Assembly: GCF_000150275.1 (NCBI RefSeq)
Contig: NW_002060943.1
Span: 10,758,209 to 10,822,208, forward strand
DNA length: 64,000 nt
Direction: 5' to 3'
DNA from: Trichoplax adhaerens
Lineage: Eukaryota; Animalia; Placozoa
How positions within the stretch are numbered: the stretch's first letter is position 1; each line of letters starts with the position of its first letter. The position numbers and the translations under genes are program-made. This document shows positions 25,301-38,000 of this stretch, piece after piece. The notes under the pieces were generated by a model that saw nothing but the letters and a program-made list of their open reading frames with translations, had not been told where the DNA came from and did not search any database.

Positions 25301-28300
25301 TAATGTAATCGAGATAAGAGAAGAGAGAAATACCGGCACATTACGTTAATCTTAGAAATGTAGCAAAGAGATCGTCTCAATAGATACGTATAATGTAAAG
25401 TTCTTTGAATTCACTGCATACAGAACTATAATTTCATAATGCCATTACTGTAGTGTTGTAACATAAATTTTTATTTGTTCGCCAAGATTGGATATTTATA
25501 CCCCATACGACATACATTTAATATAGGTCAATATCAATTGTAAAAATGTGCTGATAAATTAATCTGACCGTAAATAATAATCCTCGAGAACTAGTCTAAG
25601 TCAATTAAATATCTTTCAATAATATATAACACAATATGCTATCACTGTTGATGCGACGCCAAGTGTGCAAAATCAACCACTTGATACGAATAGCAATGCA
25701 CTGAAGACAAATTTTAAGCGACTGACCCTACAGATTTCTTCCTTATATGAAAAGTATTTAATTATTTCATTTTACGATAATAATAAAACACGTTATTCCT
25801 TTACATTTGTCTTGTTAAATACTACTACTTAAGATACCGTACTAGATTGATCATTAAGGATTAAAGGTTTTTGTACATACATTGATATTTACGAAAAATT
25901 TTGCTTCAACAATGGTTGCAATCCCTTCGGAATAGATGTAGTGATTGTTTTAGTAGTTAATATAGCAGTTATTGTAGCGACTTTCTATTCAAAACATTTA
26001 CAGTCAATTTTAAAATTGTTGTAGTAAAATGACAGCTACTGTAGCTAAAGCATTTTGTAAAATGACCATACTGCATAACATTTTGCAAAATGTCTTACCG
26101 TATTGTCATTTTGCAAAATACCCGGGCAGTTTGCAAAATGACCGATTTCGCATCCAGTCTCGTTCATATATACTGCGTACTAAATCGAATCTGTATTATA
26201 TGGTAGGCTAGTTCATCGCATGCTTTATCCTATTTCTTAAACACTACAAGATGGAAGCATAAAACGCAAATATTGATTTCTGGTGGATATTCTGAAGTTA
26301 TTGCCTCACTTGCAATGGTTATTCCTTCCTTTAACTTATTACAGGTACTGTTTTCATTGAATTGGCTAACGTCAATTTAATAGAGTTTATCAAAATTCGG
26401 TCAATTTCTATGTATTCACATTGTCTGATATATTACTAGTTGTTATAATCTATAGATGGATGTACATGTGAGACAAGTAAATGCTACGACACATTCTATT
26501 CCAATGCATCTGAAAAATTACTGATCTTTTTCATATTTGTGTGACCATGAGTCTTTCAATTAGCGAATTAATAATGCATTCTACCTACGTATATTACCCA
26601 AGTATGATTAATACTGTACTGCCCATTTAGTGTATATTGTCATCTCCTTTCGTATCGCATACAGCAGCATAAAAATTATAAATTTATATTTAGCCGTTCT
26701 ATTAATTTGAAGATAGCGATGATATAGATTAATCGGATAGATACGATTAGTGAACTTCCCATATATTAATTTGAAGTAGTCGTAAAATTTATGCCTCCTG
26801 CTAAGAACGAAAACTTTGGCTATTATCCATAAAGATTTTTTGGCTTATTTGTGAATCAACAAGTTTAGAATAAATGCTAAAATTGCTAATATTTAGAGTT
26901 ATAAATCAAGTACGCATGGCTACGACATGTTGTTAGTTATGTACTTGTAAAAGTTTATCACAATTATTATATGAACATCGCCGACATATTAATAGAATCT
27001 AGTATTAAAAATTTTCTCTTACGACCTAGACGAACAATAAATGCGAGAAAAAATAGCATGATTTACAATATACCAATATCAAATATTGTTTAACTTATTT
27101 AATTTTCGAAGGTTATAGCTATGATTCCTTAGTCATAGTCAGAATTTTTTGCTTAATATTAGCGGTAATAAACGACTGAGAGGCAGATACCGTTTGTTGA
27201 ATTATTTTGGACGGAAATTATCATGCTTTATTCGATATACTATAAATTAATTAATCTAATTGATTTAATTTAATAACTTTCAGGTTTCCTTTGCTTCAGT
27301 TAGCTCTGATCTATCAGATAGTGAAAAATATCACAACTTTTTCAGGACATGTCCTGATATAACACATCTAACACGACCAATTCTACCGGTTTTAGCGCAT
27401 TACAATTGGACAAGTGTGGCTATTTTACATACTGTTAGCGTAACCTTTAATAGGGTAATGCAATAATTGAATAATGAATTATATTAATAACTGGTATCGC
27501 TATACTACTAGATATTATAGATAGAACAAAATCAAATGCGTATCAGCGATAGCATGAGATTATGCAATGTATTATATACTGTAGGAAAAGTTTTAATATT
27601 AGCTTATTTGATGCTTAGGGTGTTGAAATACTGAGACACGATCTTGGAAAAGCTGGAATAAAAGTTTTAGCTGACGAAGAATTTACATATTTATCTAACT
27701 TAAAAAGAGAACTAAAGAGTATTCTGGTAAGTAGGATTACATGAAATGTACAGAATTACCTTCCTTAGGTAACGTAAGTAATTGATACAGTCTATTTCTT
27801 TTAGTATTAGAGGGTTATGTCACAAGTTATTACGTCTCAACGAATTGTTACGCGACTTGTTATGAATTAATTAATGTAAAGTAGTCCTGCTGTAATATCT
27901 CAATTAAATGATTGAGAAATTTCATGAATTAGCTTATTCTTATACCTATACCCAGTCATTCATGTAAATCGTCTGCACTTATCACCGTAAAAATGTTCAC
28001 CATTTCGCGTTTAATTACGATAGTTGCAGTCAGTTGATGAGAATTTTGTAGACTAGCTATTATTGTGATTATCGGATCAATAGTATCTATTCATTGGCGG
28101 TAAATTCCCCAGAATGTCACGCAGCTTGTTTGCGATTAATTTAGAAAAGGTTTACAATTAGTATGGTCAAATAATAGAAAATTCGTGGATTAGCTTATTA
28201 CATTATAATAACTCGTGTACCCGCATTTTATAAAATGTTGATAGTTGCCTATCAAAGATCTTACTAATTATCCGACTACCAGCACAGTAAAATTGATCTC

Positions 28301-31300
28301 ATGTTCGAGTAAATTTTAAACCTTGATTTTAAATTATATTGAATTAATTAATTATACGCGTACATTAAATCTGAAAGAATTACTGTGTTGTTTGAGATTG
28401 TAATACGTATATAGAATTTTTTATAGTTAGCATGTTAAAAATATGACAATTTATTACATAGAATTATTCGACAAATTACTGCTACAATTTATAAACCTAA
28501 TCGTGCGTACTGTTTGTATATTTGTAGGATAGCAAAGCACATATCATTATTGCGCTTATTCACGAAGCTGATGCAGTGAAAGCTTTCTGCCAAGTAATTT
28601 TTTCAAGTTTAACATTTTATTCCGATATATTGTCTACTCATTTAGACTAGAATTAGTTGCGTTGCAATGTAATTTACTATACACAAATATTCAATAACTT
28701 TATCGGCAGTATTATATAGTATTTGGCTAAGTTATAACTACTTTATTCGAAAGCGTAGTATACGTATTTTTGATAATCACTGGATTCAGTATGGCTAATC
28801 TGTTTACAACATTAGTGACAGCTAATCTCAATTTAATAGCCGTGCCGCTCTCTAGAAGAGCATCGAGGATTTGTTCTATTGTGATAGTATTTGTTAAAGA
28901 TATCAAAAAATGCAACGTAGTAAATGTGCCGTATTTGCAAGAATGTAGCTATACCATGACTAATATATTGAAGGCCGGTTATAGATATTTAGAAGTGCTC
29001 TAGAGCAATTTAGCGAACATCCGTCCCCGATTTTTAGGTGTAGAAGAGTTTGTTGCTAGCTGATTGAGATATTATAGCATTTTATTATTAATAACAGGCC
29101 TGGTACTTAGTCATTAACGCCTACTGTACGAACTAAATGAGAAACTTATTCAGTGATTAAGACATAAAGATCTGAGCATAGCAAACAAATAAGGAAATTA
29201 AATTTTAAACTGTTTTGACTATAAGAGTAAGATATTAATCCTAATATGGCTTAATCCTCTAAAGTATGTGTATTACTTTTAGAACAAATATTAAAAGAAG
29301 ATTCAAAAATTTTTTTATTCTTAGTCATTGAAAGGCTAGCATTTTAGAGGGTGAAATATTTCTATCTATTTTCTAACTACAGTATAGTAATTTTAGCAAA
29401 TACCAGCTTATATTTGGAGTAAATTACAGGCTACGGTAATAAATTATAGCAATTGTTTAGTGCCCTTGAAATTACACTTAAATAAGCAAAAGGAACTTAC
29501 ATACTGAGCTTTAACAACACCTTAAACACTAGGCTTTTCATCTTGGTCTTTACGGAAGGGAATATGTATGGTTTGTAACTAGTTGGATAACGGAAAATTT
29601 CTGGACAAATAGTATCAATGATGCAAGTATTAACTGTACCTCTGAACAAATTAAAGAAGCTGCGCAGAATTATCTTATAGTAGATTTCGTTGAAATCGAA
29701 TACAATAATATCACTGCAGTATCGGGAATGGTAAGTTGAGCAAAATGTCTGGTAATATTCATATACTGTACTGGCCAAAGCACAAACATTACGCAAAGTA
29801 TTAAGTAATTATCATTCAGAATTTTTTTCCAACTTGGCTAAAGTTTAACGTCATGAGAAAGTCTTATGCTAGTATGCCGCTATTTAATAACTGTGCTTTC
29901 ATTACCATATTTAGACTCCTTACCAATTTCAGCAACGCTACATAGACCTCGCTGAAAAAAAACAGATAGAAAAAAATCAATACGTTGGGTTTGCTTATGA
30001 TGCTATTTGGGCCATAGGATTGTGTCTTGATAATGTTATCCGAGAATTGGCTGCCGAAAACAAGAGCTTAGATGATTTTCGGTATAGTGATTCTTTTGTC
30101 GGTAGGACCATTCTTAAAGAAATGCGCAAAGTAAAATTTCAGGGGATTTCAGTAAGTAACATAAATCCAGCTATTCGGTAGAGGGCCGTGGACTAACTAT
30201 TGCAATTCCTGTGATTACAATGACTATATTCTTGATTACTGACATTTATTGATAGTTAAATTATAATGACAGATACTATTGTTTGGACAGGGATTTAAAA
30301 TATTGAATAATTCTGATCAAGAGCCACCGGGTGTTAATCTTTTCAGGCAGCTACAAGGTGTGGCATAAACATAGGTATAAAGGCTGTAGTTAGCTGTATT
30401 TTTGATATGCTTTTATTAATATTTAGGGAACAGAATTGTGAATGTTGGATTAATAGATAAAAATGACAGAATAGATTTTCAGGCAACAGAGTTAGTACCT
30501 ATACGTTGGACAGGTAGCTGCAACATTTACTTATTGTATATTAAAATAAATGTTAGATATTATTAAATGGAGGATAAACGCTAAATTATGAAATCTTATT
30601 AGGTGGACGGCCACCAGTATCAGGATATATTATTGAAGAAGTTCATGCAGGAATACCGTTGTATCTGTTTATTATCATGGCTTCTTTATCATTTATTGGA
30701 ATCATAATAGCCGTCTTTTTTTTATTTTACAACTATCGATATCGAAATACTCGGTATTAAGATATGAAATAGATTAAGATAATATTTAACAATTTCATGT
30801 AGATGAATTGTTATCTACATACGTAATTCACGAATTGATTATTAAAGTATCACCTATCATAAAATTTTAGTGGAATATTTATAAATGCAATCTTTCTTAG
30901 CCGAAGAACAAAAGCTTGTTAAATGATGTAAGATGACAGATATCAACGAGTAATAATTTCCCATATTATTAGCAAGATTAGGATATCAAGTCCAAATCTC
31001 AATTATTTAATCCTGACTGGGTGCATCTTACTATACGCATCGGTTATTATCATGGGTATTGACGATAGTACAAGCTACCTTAATACATATTGCAAGGTAA
31101 GCCTGCAACTATCAATTATGCAACTTTGTCTTTATTACACATTGAAGTTGGCAGAAATTAGTGAGATCTTACTATCGGACTAACTCTTTTCGGAATTTGT
31201 ACGTAGCAAAACTCAAAATCCTGTAATATTGGAGATTTGCAATCGAGATTGATTAAAATATTACATCACTTCAGCAGATACCTGATAAATTCCTAAAATT

Positions 31301-32833
31301 TACTCAATTTCAAGTTGTTACGGAACATTACAGCTAGAATTTTTATAATTTCCTTAAATTTATATACCTGGATAGATAATACCATGGCTAAACAGTATTG
31401 GATTCTCCTTAGCAGCAGGGTCACTATTTGCTAAAACGTATAGAGCTTACAAAGTTTTAACGACTAGATTTCGAATAACTTCGGTAAGATACGTATATCT
31501 ACGGTAAATATCGAAGCTGTCGCTGTGATAAGTAACTTCTATTACTTATCCATTATAATTATTACTTGTAGCCATTAAAAGATTCTCATCTACTTGCAAT
31601 TGTCCTGATATTAATGGCAATTGAAGCTATTCTACTAACCTTTTGGACAGCAATCGATCCATTAAAGGCGGAAAAAATGGCAGCTCCGCCAATCGTAAGT
31701 TTATTTATTCACTTTTATATCGTATCATTCGTATGTAAACTGTATGTAATAAGTTACGCATAAATATAGTTAACTAGACTACTACTCATTCTTATTTGAA
31801 TCATAATACTTTCTTGTAATAATTCTTATTCTATAAATCAATGCTAGTCTGATCCTAATCGATACAAATATAAAATTGTACATACTTACTGGGTATGTAC
31901 ATGCAATTATGGCGTTTATTGGCTTATCGCTACACTCATCCTGAACGGCATAGTGTTACTATTTGGGGCTTTTTTAGCTTACGAATCAAGAAAAATTAAA
32001 CTCTCAGAGCTGAATGATTCTAAACAGATTGCTCTCTGTATATATAACATAACAATTTTGTGCATTATTATTATACCGATATCGTTTGTTATACCCAACA
32101 GTCATGGCGAAGTTTACGCCGCTATTGGTTGTCTAATATTGTATTGCACAACCATGTCATTATTTACCTTTTTCTTCCCTAAGGTACGACTAAGTTTTGT
32201 TATAAATACCTGTACTTATTAAAAAAACTACGATTTATATTTAAGTGTCAAGCAGATGATATGCACTTTCTAATATTGGTATAAATATGACATTATGTTT
32301 ACCTAGATGAAGGGCAATGCTAAACCTTCTAGTATTCGATTTAGAATGAATGAAAATGCTTCAAGTAGGATGGCTAGCGAAAAATACGAAAGCGCTATGG
32401 GAAACTCAGAATTAATGTTATCTTGCAGGTAGACAAATTAAATTTTTTCATTTATATTCTAATAGTGAATATAAAAGAGGGTGCGAGGAAAATAAGGCAC
32501 GAATCGTACGATAGTAGAAGCATTTAGGATGTACTTTTTACTAATCGCCTCGAAATAAAATACATCAAACTTGAAAATCGTTTTAATTAATTAATGCTGA
32601 TCGTTGTGATATTAAATTTCATAACTTCTCTCTGCACCCCCCCCCCAAAAATATGTGAGAACATTCTGGTTTTATTTTAAAATTAAAACAGTTTATTCGT
32701 CACTAGCTTCGAATGAAATAATGCCACTACCATCCCAATTATCTCAAATATGTGTTAAGTAGGGCTGCTTTTAACTGTCTTATATTCATGTAGGTACAAG
32801 GAAGGCAATGGCAAACGGCAAACTGCTGTATAA
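22306..32833 (+). CDS. GABA-B receptor-like class C GPCR, paralog 2 (~770-785 aa)
   Basis: Exons 22306-22584, 26207-26344, 27284-27454, 27619-27726, 28528-28593, 29533-29730, 29915-30151, 30291-30357, 30427-30513, 30603-30753, 30973-31096, 31376-31483, 31572-31694, 31848-32183, 32307-32428, then either read-through stop at 32432 or last exon 32794-32833. Same phases as paralog 1. Motifs: AYDAIWA, IRISSPNLN, FAKTYR, NDSKQIALCIYN, FFFPK. Confidence 0.92.
24015..24566 (-). mobile_element. Solo LTR, family A (552 bp), in intron 1 of GPCR2
   Basis: Reverse complement of 6860-7407 with roughly 15 differences counted by eye. Perfect TSD GTTGG (24010-24014/24567-24571). Confidence 0.9.
25226..25279 (-). 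mobile_element. Helitron-type 3' terminus, second copy
   Basis: Same hairpin + CTAG|T end as 11667-11720, with one mismatch in the loop. 5' end not located. Confidence 0.65.
26020..26172 (+). repeat. Palindrome-array element (CATTTTGCAAAATG type) ending in CGTTCATATATA
   Basis: Repeated cattttg(c/t)aaaatg units; the last ~67 bp match 160-226. Ends 34 nt upstream of GPCR2 exon 2. Confidence 0.75.
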
Positions 32834-35062
32834 GATATCTTCATGTAAACTCGGTAATGACATACAGCAGCAATTCCAGTCCATGGAATGATAAAAGCTT
32901 AAATTATGCTATTTTACGAAAAATACGTGTACTTTTGAATTGAGTGTGGTTATGCTATGATAGTTTAAGACAATTTTGAATAGAAGGATGTTTTTTTGAC
33001 CCATTTTACATGCTTATTTATAGAAATGATTACAAAAATTCATAGGGTGGTTTGATAATCTTAATTTAAGATCGTGTTGAGTCAGAATAGCTGTGCATTT
33101 CCAAAACTATAAATTCTATTATATGTTCTTGCATTCATCTCTGTTTAAAATATATATCTGAAATTGTGCTTGAATGGATAACAATCAGTTTAGATTGTCA
33201 TTTATGTACAGGTTGCTAGCAGCCATGTAGCGTTTGGCAATCAAAATTGAAAGTTTGAAATTAATTTTAGTAAAATTTCTAAATAATTCAATTTTATCAT
33301 AAGCAAGGAGATTGATTTAGCTAGATTATTGTAGATATTGTCGAAGATTAAATTTTAACTTTATGGTTATTTCTGTAGTCCTTCTCTTTTAACGAATCTA
33401 CATGTAAATAAAGACATTTTCCCCTTTATGCACTACAGTTTACATCTACCGTGGTAATGTTTGTTAAGACATCCTTGCAAATCAAAATAAATCTAAGGAT
33501 TTTCTTGTATACTGGTTGTCAATCAGATTTCCTTTTGGAAGTTCGACTCCAAGAATGTACTGCATTTTGTAAATTTTATACTCAAAATCGTAGTTAAGAA
33601 TCTCATACTGCAGTATAAAAGTACCAGAAATATTCCATCTCGAAAAATTAGTTGATAGGTACCCTTGCAGTATGCATGTAAGAGTATGTCAAACTTCCAT
33701 TGCTTCTTATTAGACCATCAAAGTTTGACGATTGAAAATAGATTATATTTACTACAGAATATCTATTTCTTCAAGACCTTTACAAGATTTGTGGCTACAA
33801 TTCTGCACTTCCACCTTGAAATCCGGCTGGTTATAAAAGTAATAAAAATCAATATTTCTATTTAGGATTGTTTGCCAATTTTTGATCATGCTGCATTAAA
33901 TCTTAAATGTTTCAGTGGAGCATATTCTGTAACTCAAGAATTTAATATATTTGATAAGCATATTATACCATAGTTATGGTGTTGATAATCTCTCGTTATA
34001 AGAGTAGTAGAAATACTAGTAAATAGTTAATCAAAGAAAGTGGTTAATATGTGTTCTAGTTGCTTATCATATTGTGGCATTTTACTTATTAAATGATCAA
34101 ACATTGCATTTATAGAATAGAGTGCTCTATATCCTCGGTACTTTCCAGAATTATTTCAAGTCGAATTTGACGATTTAACGTTATCTTCTCATTTCAATCA
34201 GCTTACAGCCAGCATGATTAAACGTATTATAAAAATACTATCTCTAGCTTAATAATTATAATTGATGGAATTTTAATCCTACAACATCAAATCAAAACTT
34301 TCACAACGGATTTTTCGTTGGGCAGGTGTTTTAAGTCTAATAAATAGTAAATATTATGATATGGTCGCATTAAATATTAACTGTGAGTGAATAAAGCGAG
34401 TCAAGATGTCGTATACTCCTTTTTAACGGTACTGTAAATAATATTATCTATTGCATCGGAATGTTCTCAACTTATTCAACACGGTTTATAAATTTGGTCG
34501 AGTGATAATCGCTTACTAGTAACCATAAATCAATCATACTTCAAATATAGTTTTACTTCGTAATGATATCGCTATTTGTGTTGTAATATTTATAATTTGA
34601 ATTATTAAAGATTCTTTCAATCTGGTTACTGTTTGATATACATGCAGAGCTATACTGCTAAGATAGAAACTAGTATTTATTAATCACCTCATAAACAATT
34701 AATCTGTCCTTTTATAGGTCCTAAATTCTGTAACGCTTTAATCATAAGTTAACTTATTATGCAGCGCTGCCGCAGGTGAGAATTATCATCAAGATTATAG
34801 CTCATTCAGTAGTTAACCATATAAAGTAATTGTAACAAAAATTCTTTTTAACAATGTTGCAGTCTGTTTTCGAGATGTAGTCATAAAACTCAGTACGGTA
34901 CTTTTACTGGTCATAGTACTGTGTATTCGATGCAAATCACAGCTTACTGTCCCCAGTTAAAATTGCTGTTGACGAGAAAAATTCCGTATTGGAAAAAGCG
35001 AAAAATTTCAATCAACTTGTGCCCGACAACGTTACTACCGATTATTTCTAATTTGGAACAAG

Positions 35063-38000
35063 ATGATACAACAAATATTGTTAAACTTGATGTTATTTCT
35101 CATCATCGGCTTAATATTTCATCCTGGTAATGGTGAACATTATACGCACGAAAATGAATTCAATATGGAACAACATAATAAAGGAGATTTATACATTGGA
35201 GGACTCTTTCCTGTGCATTCTATTGGTTGGGATGCCAGTGGTGTTATACCTGCCGTTGAAATGGCTCTGGAAGACATAAATAATCGATCGGATATCCTAG
35301 CGGGCTACAAGCTTAAATTACTATGGAAAGATACTCAGGTAAAGTATTTCCTTCAAGCAGTCTCGAATTTTCAACTCTATTTTAAAACATTTCGTCGAGT
35401 AGAAGCCACTGCATAGAAGAACATTACGACTGAATTACACAAACTGGTTTCTTGTGCCATGTATATTTTCGCTGACAGTGATTGTGGTTTGACATACGGT
35501 ACTATTGAGGAAATGTCGAAATTAAAACTTTTTCAGAGTTCTTTTACGGAAACAAAGTTGAAAACTTGATAGCGTTTACTAGCACCGCAGACACCCTTTG
35601 TTCTCAATTTTTTTCATAATTTACGGTAACTCGTATGAAAAATTTTAAAGTCCATGCAATATGATATCGTTTATGATTCTATTTTTGTCATTCAAATCAA
35701 ATAAAATATTGCAGTCGTCCATATACAATTTGATCTATCTGGATTTTGCCGTGCGACAAGATTTAGCTAGTATACTATAGCGTTGAGACATTGATGGTAA
35801 TCTACTGCATAGTGATAGAGATAATCCATTGGAATTTATTTTGTACCAACGGCTTTTGCTCGTTTAAGGAGAGATTATAATTACCAGACTTTCTATTATA
35901 ATAACGACGGCCATTCGTCGAGATTAATTCACTTTCTATTTAAGCAGACGTCATCTATGTTTTTTAGGGCAAGAATCACGTAGGTTTATCGGCATACTAC
36001 GACATTCTTCGTAAGCCTCCAACCAAAGTTACAATCTTGGGGCCTGGATTTACGAATATAGCCACAATGACGGCGGAGAATTCCCATTTTTATAATTTAG
36101 TGCAGGTAACATGATAAATAAAGTAAGATAGGTGACCGTGATACAGATTATTATTATTATAGGATCACGTACGGTGCTCTAACCTTGTCTTTAAAGATAT
36201 TCAGCCTGTAAAATTATTTTCTCGAATTATTTCGTTGCATATCGGCTGGTATTTCTTAACGTTATGACGATAAAAAATTTCTAGTGGTAGTTTGGATATT
36301 TAATGCTTACGGCTTAAATTTCACCATTTTGCGGCTGTAAAGATTAAAATATCATTGTATAGCTAGCAATCGTTATTACCATAGTTGATTTTATTTTTCC
36401 TATAAGATTAGAATAGATTCGATTGGATAATGGCCGGATCACTATAGTTTTTATTAATTCTGTAATATTAATTAAAATACATTCACTATTCCACATGCTC
36501 TGACTACTATCAATTAGTTGTAAAATAACCGGGTGAAAATTTCATAAACCGTTAGTGAAAGTGCTACTTTGCTGAAAATGGATTAGTGTCTCAGCGAATT
36601 TTTATTACCAACACGGTGATTGATGAAATTTTGCCCGAAGCAATCATATCAGCCCTGATGCCACTGAATGTAGTAATATTTTTAGTTTTCTTATATAAAC
36701 TGTTTATATTACCAAGTTTTCCTAAGACTATGTTGACTACGTCATTCAATTTGATCAGGCAGAAAATTACGAAAGATGAAATATTGGAACTTGCAATTTT
36801 ATTATCGCTGATATTTACCTTCATTTTGCGGTTTAAACTGGTAGATAAATATTGTGATGTATTGCAGTCTTCAATTTCGTTCTTAATTAACCAATTTTAT
36901 TTTACTGCCTGTATAATACCTGACGATTTGTCTTATAACGCTAATAGAAGACTCTTGCTCTTTCCATCTTGCTTAAATACCAGAAAGAAAATAATCCCTT
37001 GTAACTGTATTCATACCATACGTAAATGTAGATTTTATCCTTCGTTTCTATCTAGGCTTACTTTGTTCATTTTTGATCGGTTCTAATTCCTCCAAATAGT
37101 AACTGTTGAGAGTTCTAATTTCGTCACCCATTTTAAAGATTTAGTTGCCAATAGATCAATACTGTACTGTGTCGCGCTTTTTATTTTCTGATTATAATTA
37201 AACACACTCCTGCACCTGATTAATTGACTTTATTGCGTATCAAACCTACGTAATATTGTTAATAGTGATCTTTATTCTTCATCTTGTTTTTACCAAATCG
37301 TTGAGGGGAGTACTACGTTAAGAAATAGTATAAAATGTTCTATGTTACAACAACATTTTTGTTCAGTAAATATCTCAAAAATAAATGCTTTACAGTAATA
37401 TTCGAAGCAGATTTTATTAATATCATCAAACAGTCGATAACCCTTGAATGAAATGTTTCCCTATCTGTTCACTTAGAACGAAGAAAAGCAAAAATGAGAA
37501 ATTACTTCATCATCATTAGTAAATTTAATGCTTTATTTCAAGTTTGCGTGTTTAATTAACATCATAATTGTCATTTTCTTCTCGCAGGTATCCTACTCAG
37601 CAGAGGGTGCTCGTTTATCAGACAGAAATCTCTTTCCTACGTTTTTTCGTACCTGCTATAATCCGAGTTCATTCAGTTCACAATTAGTAACCATATTACT
37701 TCATTTCAACTGGACTGAAGTTGGCCTTCTTTATGCGAATAGTGACGATTTTAGCCATGTAAGTCGGCTTTAAAAGTAATAATAACAAGATCTACATCTT
37801 TTTCTCCTTGTGGTCATTTCAAGACGAATACCGCATAGTTGATAAACAAAATCGATTTGTTAATTATCACTATTCATCATAGTCGGTAAATTCATTAAAG
37901 AAGAGCTTCTCTCAAGCTGGTATCAAAATTGCTATTGCTGAAGACTTTGCTGCCGGTTCATCTATGGAACGAGAAGTTACTCGGATTAAGGTATATCGTA

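Noticed and set aside
28727-29796. Short ORFs in GPCR2 intron 5 and antisense to exon 6
   Set aside because: No motifs, non-ATG starts or shadow frames; expected by chance.
36586-37086. 166-aa hydrophobic ORF in GPCR3 intron 2
   Set aside because: GTG start, AT-driven F/I/L composition, no recognisable domain. A faint integrase-like FIFRNFLPDQI on the opposite strand is interrupted by stops and too weak to call.
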